Shown here: positions 1-11,965 of the stretch, in pieces
How the letters are laid out: each line of letters opens with the position of its first letter
How positions within the stretch are numbered: the stretch's first letter is position 1
DNA from: Anaeromyxobacter sp.
Lineage (GTDB): Bacteria > Myxococcota > Myxococcia > Myxococcales > Anaeromyxobacteraceae
Assembly: GCA_049840735.1 (NCBI GenBank)
Contig: JASGJN010000013.1
Span: 416,001-480,000, forward strand
DNA length: 64,000 bases
Reading direction: 5' to 3'
Translations under genes and position numbers: made by a program
Notes under the pieces: generated by a model
The model's input: the letters and a program-made list of their open reading frames with translations, nothing else
Database searches by the model: none
Told to the model about the DNA's origin: nothing

Positions 1-363
1 CGAGACCTCCATGCCGGTGACGAAGCGCACCTCGGAGATGACCCGCTCGTCCAGCGGCCGGGACATGGCCAGGTGCACGCGGCCGCCCTCCAGCGAGAGC
101 GGCAGCATCAGGTCGGCCTCGGCCACCGGCCGCGGCACAATCCCCACCGCGTCCAGCGAGATGCAGGTCCGCGAGAGGTCCACGCCCGGCACCCGGAAGC
201 GCTCGGCCAGGGCGGCCGCCAGGGCCCCCTCGTCCACGCCCTCGTGGAGCAGCTGCGAGAGGAGCGGGATGCCCCGGGCGGTGGCCGTGCGGACCGCCCG
301 CTCGACCACCTCGACGGTGGTGACGCCGCGCTGCACCAGCAGGTCGCCGATCCGGACGTTCAC
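1..363 (-). CDS. MshEN/T2SSE_N (GspE/PilB N-terminal-like) domain protein, runs off the window start
   Basis: Own translation: VNVRIGDLLVQRGVTT...ALAAALAERFRVPGVDLS...LMLPLSLEGGRVHLAMSRPLDERVISEVRFVTG; RIGxxLVxxG motif; GGAGGA RBS upstream (tcctcc 370-375). Confidence 0.75.
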   Translation of the reverse strand, partial: MNVRIGDLLVQRGVTTVEVVERAVRTATARGIPLLSQLLHEGVDEGALAAALAERFRVPGVDLSRTCISLDAVGIVPRPVAEADLMLPLSLEGGRVHLAMSRPLDERVISEVRFVTGMEVS

Positions 364-507
364 CGGGAGTCCTCCCAGCCTCGTGACCGGTTCATCCTAC
401 CCGGGGTACCGGTCCGGGCAAGGAGTTCCCGCCACCCCGCCCCCGGACGTGCGCCGCCCGCCGGTGCCACGCGGACGTGGGACGGGGGGCCGGGCGGCCG
501 GAGCGGC

Positions 508-1173
508 TCAGCCCACCGTGTCGGCGTAGGTCATCACCAGGTACATGACGCTCTCGCCCGAGGCCCGGTTCCTGTAGACGTGGGGCACGTCGGCCTCGAA
601 GACCATGGCGTCGCCGCGGGAGAGCGGCTCCTTGCGCCCGGCGACCTCGATCTCCACCTCCCCCTGCGCCACCACCAGGTTCTCGATGGTGCCGGGGTTG
701 TGCGCGTCGGCCTTCTCCACGCCCCCCGGGGCCAGGCGCAGCTCGTAGAACTCGACCCGGCGCGGCTCGTCGAACGGGAAGAGCGCGCGCGACGAGAAGG
801 AGCCGTCGTGGCTGGTGAGGAGCTTGGCCTGGCCGGCGCGCAGCACCTGCAGCCCGCCGCCGCCGCGGGCCGTGATCAGGGCCGAGAAGGGCACGCCCAG
901 CGCCGAGGAGATCTTCCAGAGCACGTTGATGGTGGGCGCGCTCTGCCCCAGCTCGATCTGGCCCAGCATGGCGCGCGAGACGCCGGAGAGCTTGGACAGC
1001 CGCTCCAGCGAGAGCTGCCGCTGGCCGCGGAGGCGGCGCAGGTTGAATCCGACCACCGGCGTGAGATCCTTCCCCAGGGCGGGGGCGGTCTCGCGCGGTT
1101 CGGGGGTGGCCTTCGGCTCCGGGGAGGCGGGCGTCCGGCGGCTGCGCCCGCGGTTCTCTCGCGCGCTCTTCAT
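508..1173 (-). CDS. XRE-family HTH transcriptional regulator with C-terminal cupin domain (SutR/PuuR-like)
   Basis: NLRRLRGQRQLSLERLSKLSGVSRAMLGQIELGQSAPTINVLWKIS; cupin ..AHNPGTIE..GDAMVFEADVPHVYRN. Confidence 0.9.
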   Translation of the reverse strand: MKSARENRGRSRRTPASPEPKATPEPRETAPALGKDLTPVVGFNLRRLRGQRQLSLERLSKLSGVSRAMLGQIELGQSAPTINVLWKISSALGVPFSALITARGGGGLQVLRAGQAKLLTSHDGSFSSRALFPFDEPRRVEFYELRLAPGGVEKADAHNPGTIENLVVAQGEVEIEVAGRKEPLSRGDAMVFEADVPHVYRNRASGESVMYLVMTYADTVG

Positions 1174-1203
1174 GAGCCCAGCGTTTCCGTTACAACGGAG
1201 GCG

Positions 1204-2235
1204 TTGTCAACGCACTCCCGAGCCGGCGGTCCGTGGCGGGTGACCTTCGTCACCAGCCCGGACGACTGCAACCTGGGCTGCGACATGTGCCCCTGCGGCC
1301 TGGATCGGGCGGCCCGCGCGGCCGCCGGGCTGCCGCCGCGCCCGCCCCGGCCCCGCCGGATGGCGCCCGGGCTGGCGCTGGAGGTGCTGGGGGAGCGGCG
1401 CGGGTCCCCGCTGTCCCAGGTGATCCCCTCGACCATGGGCGAGCCGCTCCTGTGGAGCGGCCTGGACGACCTGCTGGAGGGGTGCCGGGCGGCCGGGGCG
1501 GCCCTCAACCTGACCACCAACGGCACCTGGCCCGGCCGCGGCCCGGACGCCTGGGCCGCGGCGCTGCTCCCGGTGGCCTGCGACGTCAAGATCTCCTGGA
1601 ACGGCGCCACCGCCGCCACCGCTGAGGCCCTCATGCCCGGGCTCTCCTTCGCCGCCGCGGTGGAGGGCGTGCGCCGGGTGGCGGCGGCGCGCGACCGGCA
1701 GGCCGCCGCCGGCGGCCCCCGCCCCACCCTCTCGTTCCAGGTCACGGCGCAGGAGGCCAACCTGGCCGAGCTGCCGGAGCTGGTGCGGCTGGCGGCGGCG
1801 CTGGGCGTGGACCGGGTCAAGGTGAACCAGCTGCAGGTGCGCTGGCCGGCGCTGGCGGCGCGCTCGCTGCGGCGCAGCCCGGAGGCCATCCGGCGCTGGA
1901 ACGCGGCCGTGCCGGCGCTCCAGGCCGCCGCGGCGGCGGGGCCGCGGCCGGTGCGGCTCCAGCACGTCGAGCCGCTCCGGCCCGACCCCACCGCGCCGGC
2001 GCCGCTCGGGCCCTGCCCGTTCCTGGGCCAGGAGGCCTGGATCCACTGGGACGGCCGGCTCGCGCCCTGCCCCCACCCCGCCGCGGCCGGGGGGGCGCTG
2101 GGCGAGCTGGGCTCGGTGGCGGAGCGGCCGCTGGGCGAGCTCTGGGCCGCGCCCGCCTACCGGTCGCTGCTGGAGCGCTGGCCGGACCTCGAGCCGTGCC
2201 GGAGCTGCCCCTTCCGCCGCCCCGGCGGCGCGTGA
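1204..2235 (+). CDS. Radical SAM protein with C-terminal SPASM/twitch-like domain
   Basis: CNLGCDMC (CxxxCxxC), STMGEPLL, LTTNGT; C-terminal CPF..IHWDGRLAPCP..LGSV..LW..CRSC; TTG start uncertain. Confidence 0.8.
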   Translation: MSTHSRAGGPWRVTFVTSPDDCNLGCDMCPCGLDRAARAAAGLPPRPPRPRRMAPGLALEVLGERRGSPLSQVIPSTMGEPLLWSGLDDLLEGCRAAGAALNLTTNGTWPGRGPDAWAAALLPVACDVKISWNGATAATAEALMPGLSFAAAVEGVRRVAAARDRQAAAGGPRPTLSFQVTAQEANLAELPELVRLAAALGVDRVKVNQLQVRWPALAARSLRRSPEAIRRWNAAVPALQAAAAAGPRPVRLQHVEPLRPDPTAPAPLGPCPFLGQEAWIHWDGRLAPCPHPAAAGGALGELGSVAERPLGELWAAPAYRSLLERWPDLEPCRSCPFRRPGGA

Positions 2236-2292
2236 CGGAGCTCCCCCAAGCACGTCCCCCGCGGCGCGCCCGGCTCGGGTACGCTCGCGGCC

Positions 2293-3773
2293 GTGTCCCC
2301 CGAGCCCATCCCCACCGCCGTGGCGCTCACCGTCGCGGCCCTCCTGCTGACCTCCGCGGCGCTGGGCTCGCGCGCCTCGGGGCGGCTGGGGGTGCCCTTC
2401 GCGCTGCTCTTCCTGGCGGTCGGCATGCTGGCCGGATTCGGAGGGGGTGGGCGGCATCGTCTTCGAGAGCTACGGCCTGACCTTCCGGGTCGGCACCGTG
2501 GCGCTGGTGCTGGTGCTGTTCGACGGCGGGCTCAACACCTCGCTCTCCTCCATCCGCCCGGTGCTGGCCCCCAGCCTGCTCCTGGCCACCCTGGGCGTGG
2601 TCGGGACCGCGGCGCTGACCGCGGTGGGCGGCCACGCGCTGCTCGGGCTCGACTGGCCGGCCGCGGCCCTGCTCGGCGCCATCGTCTCCTCCACCGACGC
2701 GGCGGCGGTCTTCGGCGTGCTGCGGGCCGGCGGGGTCCACGTCCGGCCGAAGCTGGGCTCGCTGCTGGAGCTGGAGTCCGGGGCCGACGATCCGGTGGCG
2801 GTGATCCTGACCCTGGGGCTCACCCACGCGCTGGCCGGCGGCGGCGGCTCGCCCGGGCGGATGGCGCTGGAGGCGGGGCTGCAGCTGCTGGTGGGCCTGG
2901 CCGGCGGCGCCGCGGTGGGGCTGGGCGGGCGCTGGCTGCTGGGGCGGGTGCGGCTGGCGGCCTCCGGGCTCTACCCGGTGCTGACGCTGGCGCTGGCGCT
3001 GTTCGCCTTCGGCGCCCCCACGCTGCTCTGGGGCAGCGGCTTCCTGGCCGTGTACGTGGCGGCCATGGTGCTGGGGAACGGCAAGCTCCCCTACGGCGCC
3101 GGGCTGCGCCGCGTCCACGACGCCATGGCCTGGGTGAGCCAGATCGCCATGTTCCTGCTGCTGGGCCTCCTGGCCTTCCCCAGCCGGATCGCGGCGGTGG
3201 CCGGGCCGGGGCTCCTGCTGGGCCTGTTCCTGGCGCTGGTGGCCCGGCCGGCGGTGGTGGCGCTGCTGCTCCTGCCCTTCCGCTTCTCGCTGCGCGAGAT
3301 CGCCTTCGTGGCCTGGGTCGGGCTGCGCGGCGCGGTGCCCATCATGCTGGCCACCTACCCGGTGCTGAGCGGCGTGGCCGGCGGCCAGCAGGTCTTCAAC
3401 CTGGTCTTCTTCGTGGTGGTGGTGAGCGTGGTGGTGCAGGGCACCACCATCCGCGTCCTGGCCCGCGCGCTCGGGCTGGAGGTGGCCCAGCCGCCGGCGC
3501 CGCGCGCGGTGCTGGAGATCCTCTCCTCCACCCCGCTCTCCGGGGGAGGTGCTCTCCTTCTACGTCGAGGCGGCCAGCGCAGTGGCCGGGTCGCGCATCG
3601 GCGACCTGCCCTTCCCGGAGGGCGCGGCGGTGATGCTGGTGGTGCGCGGCCGCGAGCTGGTGGCGGCCCGCGGCCGGACCGAGCTAAAGCCCGGCGATCA
3701 CGTCTACGTGTTCGCGCCGCCGGCGGAGCGCGGGCTGGTGCAGCTGCTCTTCGGCCGGGCCGAGGAGGGGTGA
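2293..3773 (+). CDS. cvrA: Potassium/proton antiporter (CvrA/NhaP2, CPA1) with TrkA-C domain; two apparent frameshifts (~2437, ~3545)
   Basis: GVPFALLFLAVGMLAG, LFDGGLNT, SSTDAAAVF, LELESGADDP, WVGLRGAVPI over three frames; shifts at GATTC 2435-2439 and a G homopolymer. Confidence 0.85.
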
Positions 3774-3786
3774 GCCGGGGCCGGGT

Positions 3787-4425
3787 TCAGTCGCGCGAGG
3801 CGCGCAGCCCGTCCTCCAGCTCGTTGGGCTGCGCCCCGCCGCCCGGCCCGCGCGGGAAGTGCTCCGCCAGGCGGGCCCCGCAGAGCCCGACGGCCTCCAC
3901 GAAGCCGCGGCCCGGATCCCCGGCCCGCAGCCCGGCCACCAGCGCCGCCACCGCGCGGTCCCACTCGCCCGGCGGCAGGCGGGCGTCGATGCCGCGGTCG
4001 CCCAGGATCACCGCCTCCCGCTCGAACAGCGAGGCGAAGACCAGCACGCCGGTCCCCTCCGCGGTCCGGTGCAGCCCGTGCTCGTGGAAGGCGCGCACGG
4101 CCCGGGCCCGCACCGCCTCGTCCAGCGCCCGCGCGCCGGCCAGCCGGCGCTCCAGCGGGTCCCAGAGCGAGAGCAGCGCCCCCAGCCCGCCCGCCAGCAC
4201 CTGGATCAGCACCAGCTCCGGCAGCGTGAGCGGGAGCCGCAGCCCCAGGACCGCCGCGGTGGCCAGCGCGGCCAGCAGCAGCGCGCCGCGCGCCCGCGTC
4301 TCCGGGTAGGCGTCGCTCTTCTCCACCACCACCGGCACCAGCTGCCCGCGCGAGCCCGCCTCGGCGGCGCGGACCGCCTCGGCCACCCGCGCCCGGACCG
4401 CCTCGTCCATGGCCTCGATCCTCAC
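3787..4425 (-). CDS. TPM-domain membrane protein (lemA operon)
   Basis: AVRAAEAGSRGQLVPVV; RTAEGTGVLVFASLFEREAVILGDRGI; PNELED. Confidence 0.85.
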   Translation of the reverse strand: MRIEAMDEAVRARVAEAVRAAEAGSRGQLVPVVVEKSDAYPETRARGALLLAALATAAVLGLRLPLTLPELVLIQVLAGGLGALLSLWDPLERRLAGARALDEAVRARAVRAFHEHGLHRTAEGTGVLVFASLFEREAVILGDRGIDARLPPGEWDRAVAALVAGLRAGDPGRGFVEAVGLCGARLAEHFPRGPGGGAQPNELEDGLRASRD

Positions 4426-4434
4426 GTGCCCCTC

Positions 4435-5181
4435 CTACCAGCGCCCCGAGGCGCCGCCGCCGGAGAAGCCGCCGCCGCCGCCGCCCCAGCCGCCGCCTCC
4501 GCCGCCGAAGCCGCCGCCGAACCCGCCGCCCCCCCAGCCGCCCCACCAGAGCGAGCGGCGCCGGCGCGGGCCGAAGCCGCGGAGGATGTTGAAGACCACG
4601 ATCCCGATGATGAACAGCGTCACCAGCAGCGAGGAGCCGGGCGTGCCGCGCGCCGGGCGGCGCTGCACCTGCATGCCGTCGGGCAGCGCGCCCAGCGCGC
4701 CGAGCACGCGCTGCCCGGCGTCGTAGAGGCCGTCGCCGTAGCGCCCTTCCCTGAAGGCCGGGCCCATCACCTCGCGGATGATCCGCGAGGAGGCCACGTC
4801 GGTGAGCTCGCCCTCCACGCCGCCGCCCACCTCGATGCGCGCCTGGCGGTCCTGGATGGCGACGGTGACGAGCACGCCGTTGTCGGCGGCACGGCTGCCG
4901 AGCCCCCAGCGCTCGGCGACCCGCATCGAGAAGTCCTCGATGGGCTCGCCGTCCAGCGAGCGGATCACCAGGAACTGCAGCTGCGGGCCCTCGCCGCCGC
5001 TGGCCTGGCGCGCCGCGCGCGAGAGGCTGGAGAGCCGGCGGACGTCGCCGTCGTCGAGCACCCCGGCCTGGTCCACCACCGGCCCGCTCAGCGCCGGGAC
5101 CGGCACCTCGGCGCGGGCCGGCCCGGCGGCGGACCAGAGGATCGCCGCCGCGGCCAGCGCCGCCCCGGCGCGGCCGCCCAT
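4435..5181 (-). CDS. TPM-domain protein (YgcG-like) with Gly-rich tail
   Basis: VVDQAGVL, SLDGEPIEDFS, DNGVLVTVAIQDRQARIEVG, GGGGGFSGGGASGRW. Confidence 0.9.
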   Translation of the reverse strand: MGGRAGAALAAAAILWSAAGPARAEVPVPALSGPVVDQAGVLDDGDVRRLSSLSRAARQASGGEGPQLQFLVIRSLDGEPIEDFSMRVAERWGLGSRAADNGVLVTVAIQDRQARIEVGGGVEGELTDVASSRIIREVMGPAFREGRYGDGLYDAGQRVLGALGALPDGMQVQRRPARGTPGSSLLVTLFIIGIVVFNILRGFGPRRRRSLWWGGWGGGGFGGGFGGGGGGWGGGGGGFSGGGASGRW

Positions 5182-5765
5182 CAGAACTTCACCTCCGGCG
5201 CCTTCTCGGCGCCGGCCGTGGTGGCCTGGAACTGGGCCTTGGGCTGCTTGTGGAAGAAGAGCGAGTTGGTCCAGCTGGTGGGCGGCACGGTCACCAGGTT
5301 GTTGAACGTCTGCACCGACTCGATGTAGCGCCGGCGGGCGACGCCGATCCGGTTCTCGGTCCCCTCCAGCTGCGCCTGCAGGTCGCGGAAGTTCTCGTTG
5401 GCCTTCAGGTTGGGGTAGTTCTCGGCCACCGCCAGCAGCCGCCCCAGCGCGCTGCGCAGCTCGCCCTGGGCCGCCTCGAACTTGCGCAGGTTCTCCGGGC
5501 TGAGCTGATCGGCGGTGAGCGTGACCGAGGTGGCGCGGGCGCGGGCCTCCACCACGGCCTCGAGCGTCTCGCGCTCATGGGCCGCGTAGCCCTTCACCGT
5601 GGCCACCAGGTTCGGCACCAGGTCGGCCCGGCGCTGGTACTGGTTCTCGACCTCGGCCCAGGCGGCCGAGACGCCGTTGTCGGCGGTGGGGATGGACTGC
5701 ACGCCGCAGCCCGCGAGCATCAGGACGGCGGCCAGGGACGCGAGGAGGCGGGAGGAGGTGCGCAT
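5181..5765 (-). CDS. lemA: LemA family lipoprotein
   Basis: LAGC lipobox; WAEVENQYQRRADLVPNLVATVKGYAAHE; ENYPNLKANENFRDLQAQLEGTENRI. Confidence 0.95.
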   Translation of the reverse strand: MRTSSRLLASLAAVLMLAGCGVQSIPTADNGVSAAWAEVENQYQRRADLVPNLVATVKGYAAHERETLEAVVEARARATSVTLTADQLSPENLRKFEAAQGELRSALGRLLAVAENYPNLKANENFRDLQAQLEGTENRIGVARRRYIESVQTFNNLVTVPPTSWTNSLFFHKQPKAQFQATTAGAEKAPEVKF

Positions 5766-5835
5766 GGCGCATGTTCTAGCGCGCGCCGCCCCTTCATAAA
5801 ACGATCATTTTTCGCAGGCACACCCAGACTGGGGC

Positions 5836-6420
5836 TCATTCACCGGACGTGCGTGCGGCCGGCGACGGGCGGAGGTCCACCGCCGCCACCCGGGCGGAGG
5901 ACGGGCACCACTCACCCACGTCCTGGACATAGAGGGCCGCCTCCAGCTCGATGGCCGACGGGCAGCGGTCACAGGTGGGCGAGCCCACCGGCACGAAGGC
6001 CGGGCCGACGAAGGACGCGCGCCAGCTCCACTGGTCGTCGCAGTCCGGCCCGAAGAGCAGCCGCAGGTCCGGCACCGACGCCCCGGGCGACGCCGGATCG
6101 GCCGCCAGCTCCTGCGCCCGCGCGATGAACGCCTGGTCGATGGCCCAGAGCTTCATCGACTGCCCGCACGAGACCAGGGTGATGAAGGCGCCGCCGGTGC
6201 GCGAGCGGCAGGCCGCCTCCGGATTGGGGATGCAGCTGCCGTTGAAGCAGGCGTTGCCCGCGGCGCAGGAGCGGCCGCAGCTGCCGCAGTGGAGCGGCTC
6301 GGAGGCCAGGTCGTAGCAGACGCCGCCGCAGGCCTCGAGGGGGCTGGGGCACGGCTGGGCCTCGAAGCAGGAGGCCAGCGGCAGGAGCGCCAGCAGGGCC
6401 AGGACGCGCGACCAGGGCAT
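5836..6420 (-). CDS. Cys-rich lipoprotein (STIG1/MXAN_6577-like module plus BP74-like domain)
   Basis: LASC lipobox; CGGVCYDLASEPLHCGSCGRSCAAGNACFNGSC; C-terminal DCDDQWSW..CDRCPSAIE..WCPSSARV. Confidence 0.65.
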   Translation of the reverse strand: MPWSRVLALLALLPLASCFEAQPCPSPLEACGGVCYDLASEPLHCGSCGRSCAAGNACFNGSCIPNPEAACRSRTGGAFITLVSCGQSMKLWAIDQAFIARAQELAADPASPGASVPDLRLLFGPDCDDQWSWRASFVGPAFVPVGSPTCDRCPSAIELEAALYVQDVGEWCPSSARVAAVDLRPSPAARTSGE

Positions 6421-6483
6421 GTCGCCGTTCTATCACGCGCGGCGCCCGCCGGCCGGCAGGCCGCCCGTGTACACTCCCCGGCC

Positions 6484-6936
6484 ATGGCCACGACCCCCGC
6501 CGGCTGGAGCGAAGTCTACGCGCTGGTGCGCCGCATCCCCCGCGGGCGCGTGGCGACCTACGGCCAGGTCGCCGCCCTGCTCGGCCGCCCCCGCGCCGCC
6601 CGCCAGGTCGGCTTCGCGCTGGCGGCGCTGCGGGGCACGCGCCACGACGTCCCGTGGCAGCGCGTGCTGGGCGCCCGGCCGGGGGGCCACGCCGCCATCA
6701 CCATCCTCGACCCCATGGGCGCCGCGGTGCAGCGCCACAAGCTCGAGGACGAGGGCGTGGCCTTCGACGAGCGCGGGCGGATCGCGCTGGAGCGGTTCGG
6801 ATGGGCCCGGGCGCGCCGGCTCACGCCCGCAGCGCGCGGCGGGAAGCGAGGCGCCGCGAAGGGCGCGCAGCCCAGGGCAGTCCGCGGCGGCCCGGCGCGG
6901 GGTGGAGCGCGACGGCGACCACCGCGCAGCCGCTGA
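6484..6936 (+). CDS. Alkyltransferase-like protein (MGMT family, ATL/YbaZ type)
   Basis: VYALVRRIPRGRVATYGQVAALLGRPRAARQVG; PWQRV has Trp in place of the catalytic Cys. Confidence 0.85.
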   Translation: MATTPAGWSEVYALVRRIPRGRVATYGQVAALLGRPRAARQVGFALAALRGTRHDVPWQRVLGARPGGHAAITILDPMGAAVQRHKLEDEGVAFDERGRIALERFGWARARRLTPAARGGKRGAAKGAQPRAVRGGPARGGARRRPPRSR

Positions 6937-7180
6937 GCACGCCGGTCAGCGCCTCGGCGGTGGTGGCGTAGGCAAGCACCGTCGGCGCCACCATGAGCCA
7001 GGTGCCCAGCACGACCGCGGCGAAGCCGTCGGAGGAGCCCGAGCGGGCGGCGGCGCAGATCACGATCAGGGCCAGGCCGCAGACGATGTGGTCGAGCCTC
7101 GCGGGGGAGCCGGGGGCGGACAGGATGAAGCCGGCGGCGACGAGTGCTGTGCCGAGGACGGCCTGGAGCCAGCGACGCAT
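6821..7180 (-). CDS. Small membrane protein, SPW-repeat-like
   Basis: Four hydrophobic segments; VVLGTWLMVAPTVLAY. Confidence 0.55.
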   Translation of the reverse strand: MRRWLQAVLGTALVAAGFILSAPGSPARLDHIVCGLALIVICAAARSGSSDGFAAVVLGTWLMVAPTVLAYATTAEALTGVLSGCAVVAVALHPAPGRRGLPWAARPSRRLASRRALRA

Positions 7181-7473
7181 GGGTGAACCCCCTGGGCGGC
7201 AAGGTGGTGGGGGGTGCCGGGTGGCGGCAACCCTGGGGCCGGGGGAGGGAGGGGGCGGGCGGGGGCTGGCTTCGGGTCGCTGCCGGCGGGGCGGCTCTGG
7301 GCGCTGCCGGCGGGGCGGGGCGCTGGGGTGGCCCCTGCCCCAGCGCCGCGGGCGGTGCCGTGCTGGGTGGAGGTGCGCGGGGCTGGGGACGGGGAGGGGG
7401 CGGCGAGCCGGAGTCAGGTCCTCCTTGTTTGCGAGCCCGCTCGAGCGCGCGAGCGGCCTGGATCCACAGAAGG

Positions 7474-7585
7474 TCACCTGCTCCAGCGCGGGGGCCCTTG
7501 GGGTCAACTGGGAGTGACCTACTCCAGCGCGTGCGCCCTTGGGGTCAACTGGGAGTTACCTACTCCAGCGCGTGCGCCCTTGGGG
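7474..7585. repeat. 41-bp tandem repeat, about 2.5 copies
   Basis: ctccagcgcg(gggg/tgcg)cccttggggtcaactgggagt(g/t)accta starting at 7481, 7522 and 7563 (partial). Confidence 0.85.
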
Positions 7586-7624
7586 GGAGAACCGGGATGG
7601 GGTCAGGTCATGGCTGATGAGGAT

Positions 7625-7674
7625 CCGTTCGGGCTGAGCGTAGCGAGCCCGCAGGGCTCGCGGAGTCGAAGCCC
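7625..7674 (+). repeat. Dispersed palindromic REP-like element, full copy
   Basis: CCGTTC-GGGC-TGAGCGTA-GCGAGCCC-gca-GGGCTCGC-GGAGTCGAA-GCCC. Confidence 0.8.
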
Positions 7675-7705
7675 AGGCGCCGCGAGGCACCGGCGCCCAC
7701 ACATG

Positions 7706-7737
7706 AAGAAACCCCAGGACCGCGAGGCCCTGGGGTT
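7706..7737 (-). terminator. Intrinsic terminator of glgP
   Basis: Stem aaccccagg (7710-7718)/cctggggtt (7729-7737), T-rich tail on the minus strand, ~30 bp after the glgP stop. Confidence 0.7.
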
Positions 7738-7766
7738 CCCGTGAAGCGGGCTGGAGCTTGGGTCCG

Positions 7767-10289
<2,523 letters not shown>

Positions 10290-10481
10290 CCTGCTTCCTC
10301 CATCGGCCGCCGCGGGGCGGCCAGCCGGACCCATGGGTTCCTGCCGGTCCGGAGCCGCGCATCATATCCACGAGGGTGCAGGGCGCCAGCGACAAGGTGC
10401 AGCGTCAACGCCGCGCTGCGGCGCGGCGCCACGGATCAGGCGCACGCTCGGACGGGTGCTGTGCCCGAAGTACGGGAGGTT

Positions 10482-11880
10482 CTAGCGCCGCAGGGCGCCG
10501 GCCAGCTCCTCGTAGAGGTGGATGGCGCTGCGGATCGCCTTCTGGAAATCGCCGAGGTGCAAACTCTCGTTCTCGGAGTGGGCGTTGGAGGACGGGTCCT
10601 CCACGCCGATGAGCAGCGCCGGCACGCCGCCCAGCGCCTTGGCGAACGGCTCGACGAAGCCGATGGAGCCGCCGCAGCCGATGGCCAGCGCCTGGGAGCC
10701 GAAGCCCTTCTCCAGCGCCCGGAACGCGGCCCCGAAGGCCGGGTGGCCCACGTCGGTGATCCAGGCGCGCCCGGCCGTCTCCGCCTTGCAGGTGACCTCG
10801 AGCCCCCAGGGCACCGCCGCCTCCAGCGCCTTCACCAGCTTCTCGCGCACCTCCAGCGGATCCATGTCCGGCACCAGCCGGATGCCCACCCGCGCCCACG
10901 CCGCGTCGTTGATGATGTTGCGCGCGTCGCGGCGCGTGGAGGCCTGCACCGCGTTGACCGCCAGCGCCGGCTGCCACCAGTTGACCTCCAGCGGGTGGCC
11001 CTCGCCCAGCAGCTTCACGCCCGGGCGCAGCCGGGCCTGCTTGCGGAACTCCTCCACCGTGACCGGGAGCGCCTCGATGGCGGCGCGCTGCTCGCGGGTC
11101 AGCGGGCGCACCTTGTCGTAGATGCCGGGGATGGCGATGCGGCCGTCGGCGTCCACCAGCCCGGCCAGCATCTTGGCCAGCCCCATGGCCGGAATCCGGC
11201 ACAGGGCCGCCCCACATGCCGGAGTGGACGCTCTGCTCCAGCGCCCGCACCTCCACGTCCACCGTCACCAGGCCGCGCAGCGCCACCGTCACCGACGGCA
11301 CCCCCACGTCCACGTTGCCGGTGTCGGTCAGCACCATGGCGTCGGCGTCGAGCCGGGCCCGGTACTTCTCCAGGAAGCGGGTCAGGTGCTCGGACCCGAT
11401 CTCCTCCTCGCCCTCGATGACGATCTTGACGTTGAGCGGCATCTTCTTGGCGCCGCGCACCCAGGAGTCCACCGCCGCCGCGTGCACGATGATGCCGGCC
11501 TTGTCGTCCGCCGCGCCGCGGCCGTAGAGCCGCCCCTCGCGCTCGGTCGGCTCGAACGGCGGGGACTTCCAGGCCTCCGCCTCACCGGCGGGCTGGACGT
11601 CGTGGTGGGCGTAGAGGAGCAGCGTGGGGGCGGCCGGGTCCTCAATCCGCTCTCCGAAGACGTAGGGGTGGGCGCCCTCCACCTTGAGCACCTCCACCTT
11701 CTCGAAGCCGCGCCGGCGCAGCAGCTCGGCGGTGGCCTCGGCGCTGCGGCCGACCTCGATCTCCGGGAACCCGGCGAACGAGACGCTGGGGATGCGCACC
11801 AGCCGCTTCAGCTCGTCGAGGTAGATGGCGTGGTTCTTCTCGTAGTGGGCCAGCGCCAGCTCGACGGTGCTCTCCGGCAT
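10482..11880 (-). CDS. M20/M25/M40 metallopeptidase (dipeptidase); apparent frameshift at ~11194
   Basis: [45 protein letters not shown]; shift at GAATC 11192-11196. Confidence 0.9.
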
Positions 11881-11965
11881 CGCTGCTCTCCTCTCGCGCG
11901 GCGCCACCGGGCGCCGGGTCCTTCGCGGCGCCGCACGGCGCCGGGTACAGGATATAAACCCGCCC

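Noticed and set aside
3787..5765. lemA-TPM-TPM cluster as a novel system
   Set aside because: A widespread, commonly annotated operon with nothing unusual here.
7481..7585. 41-bp repeat as a mini-CRISPR
   Set aside because: The units are contiguous with no unique spacers and are unrelated to the I-E repeat.
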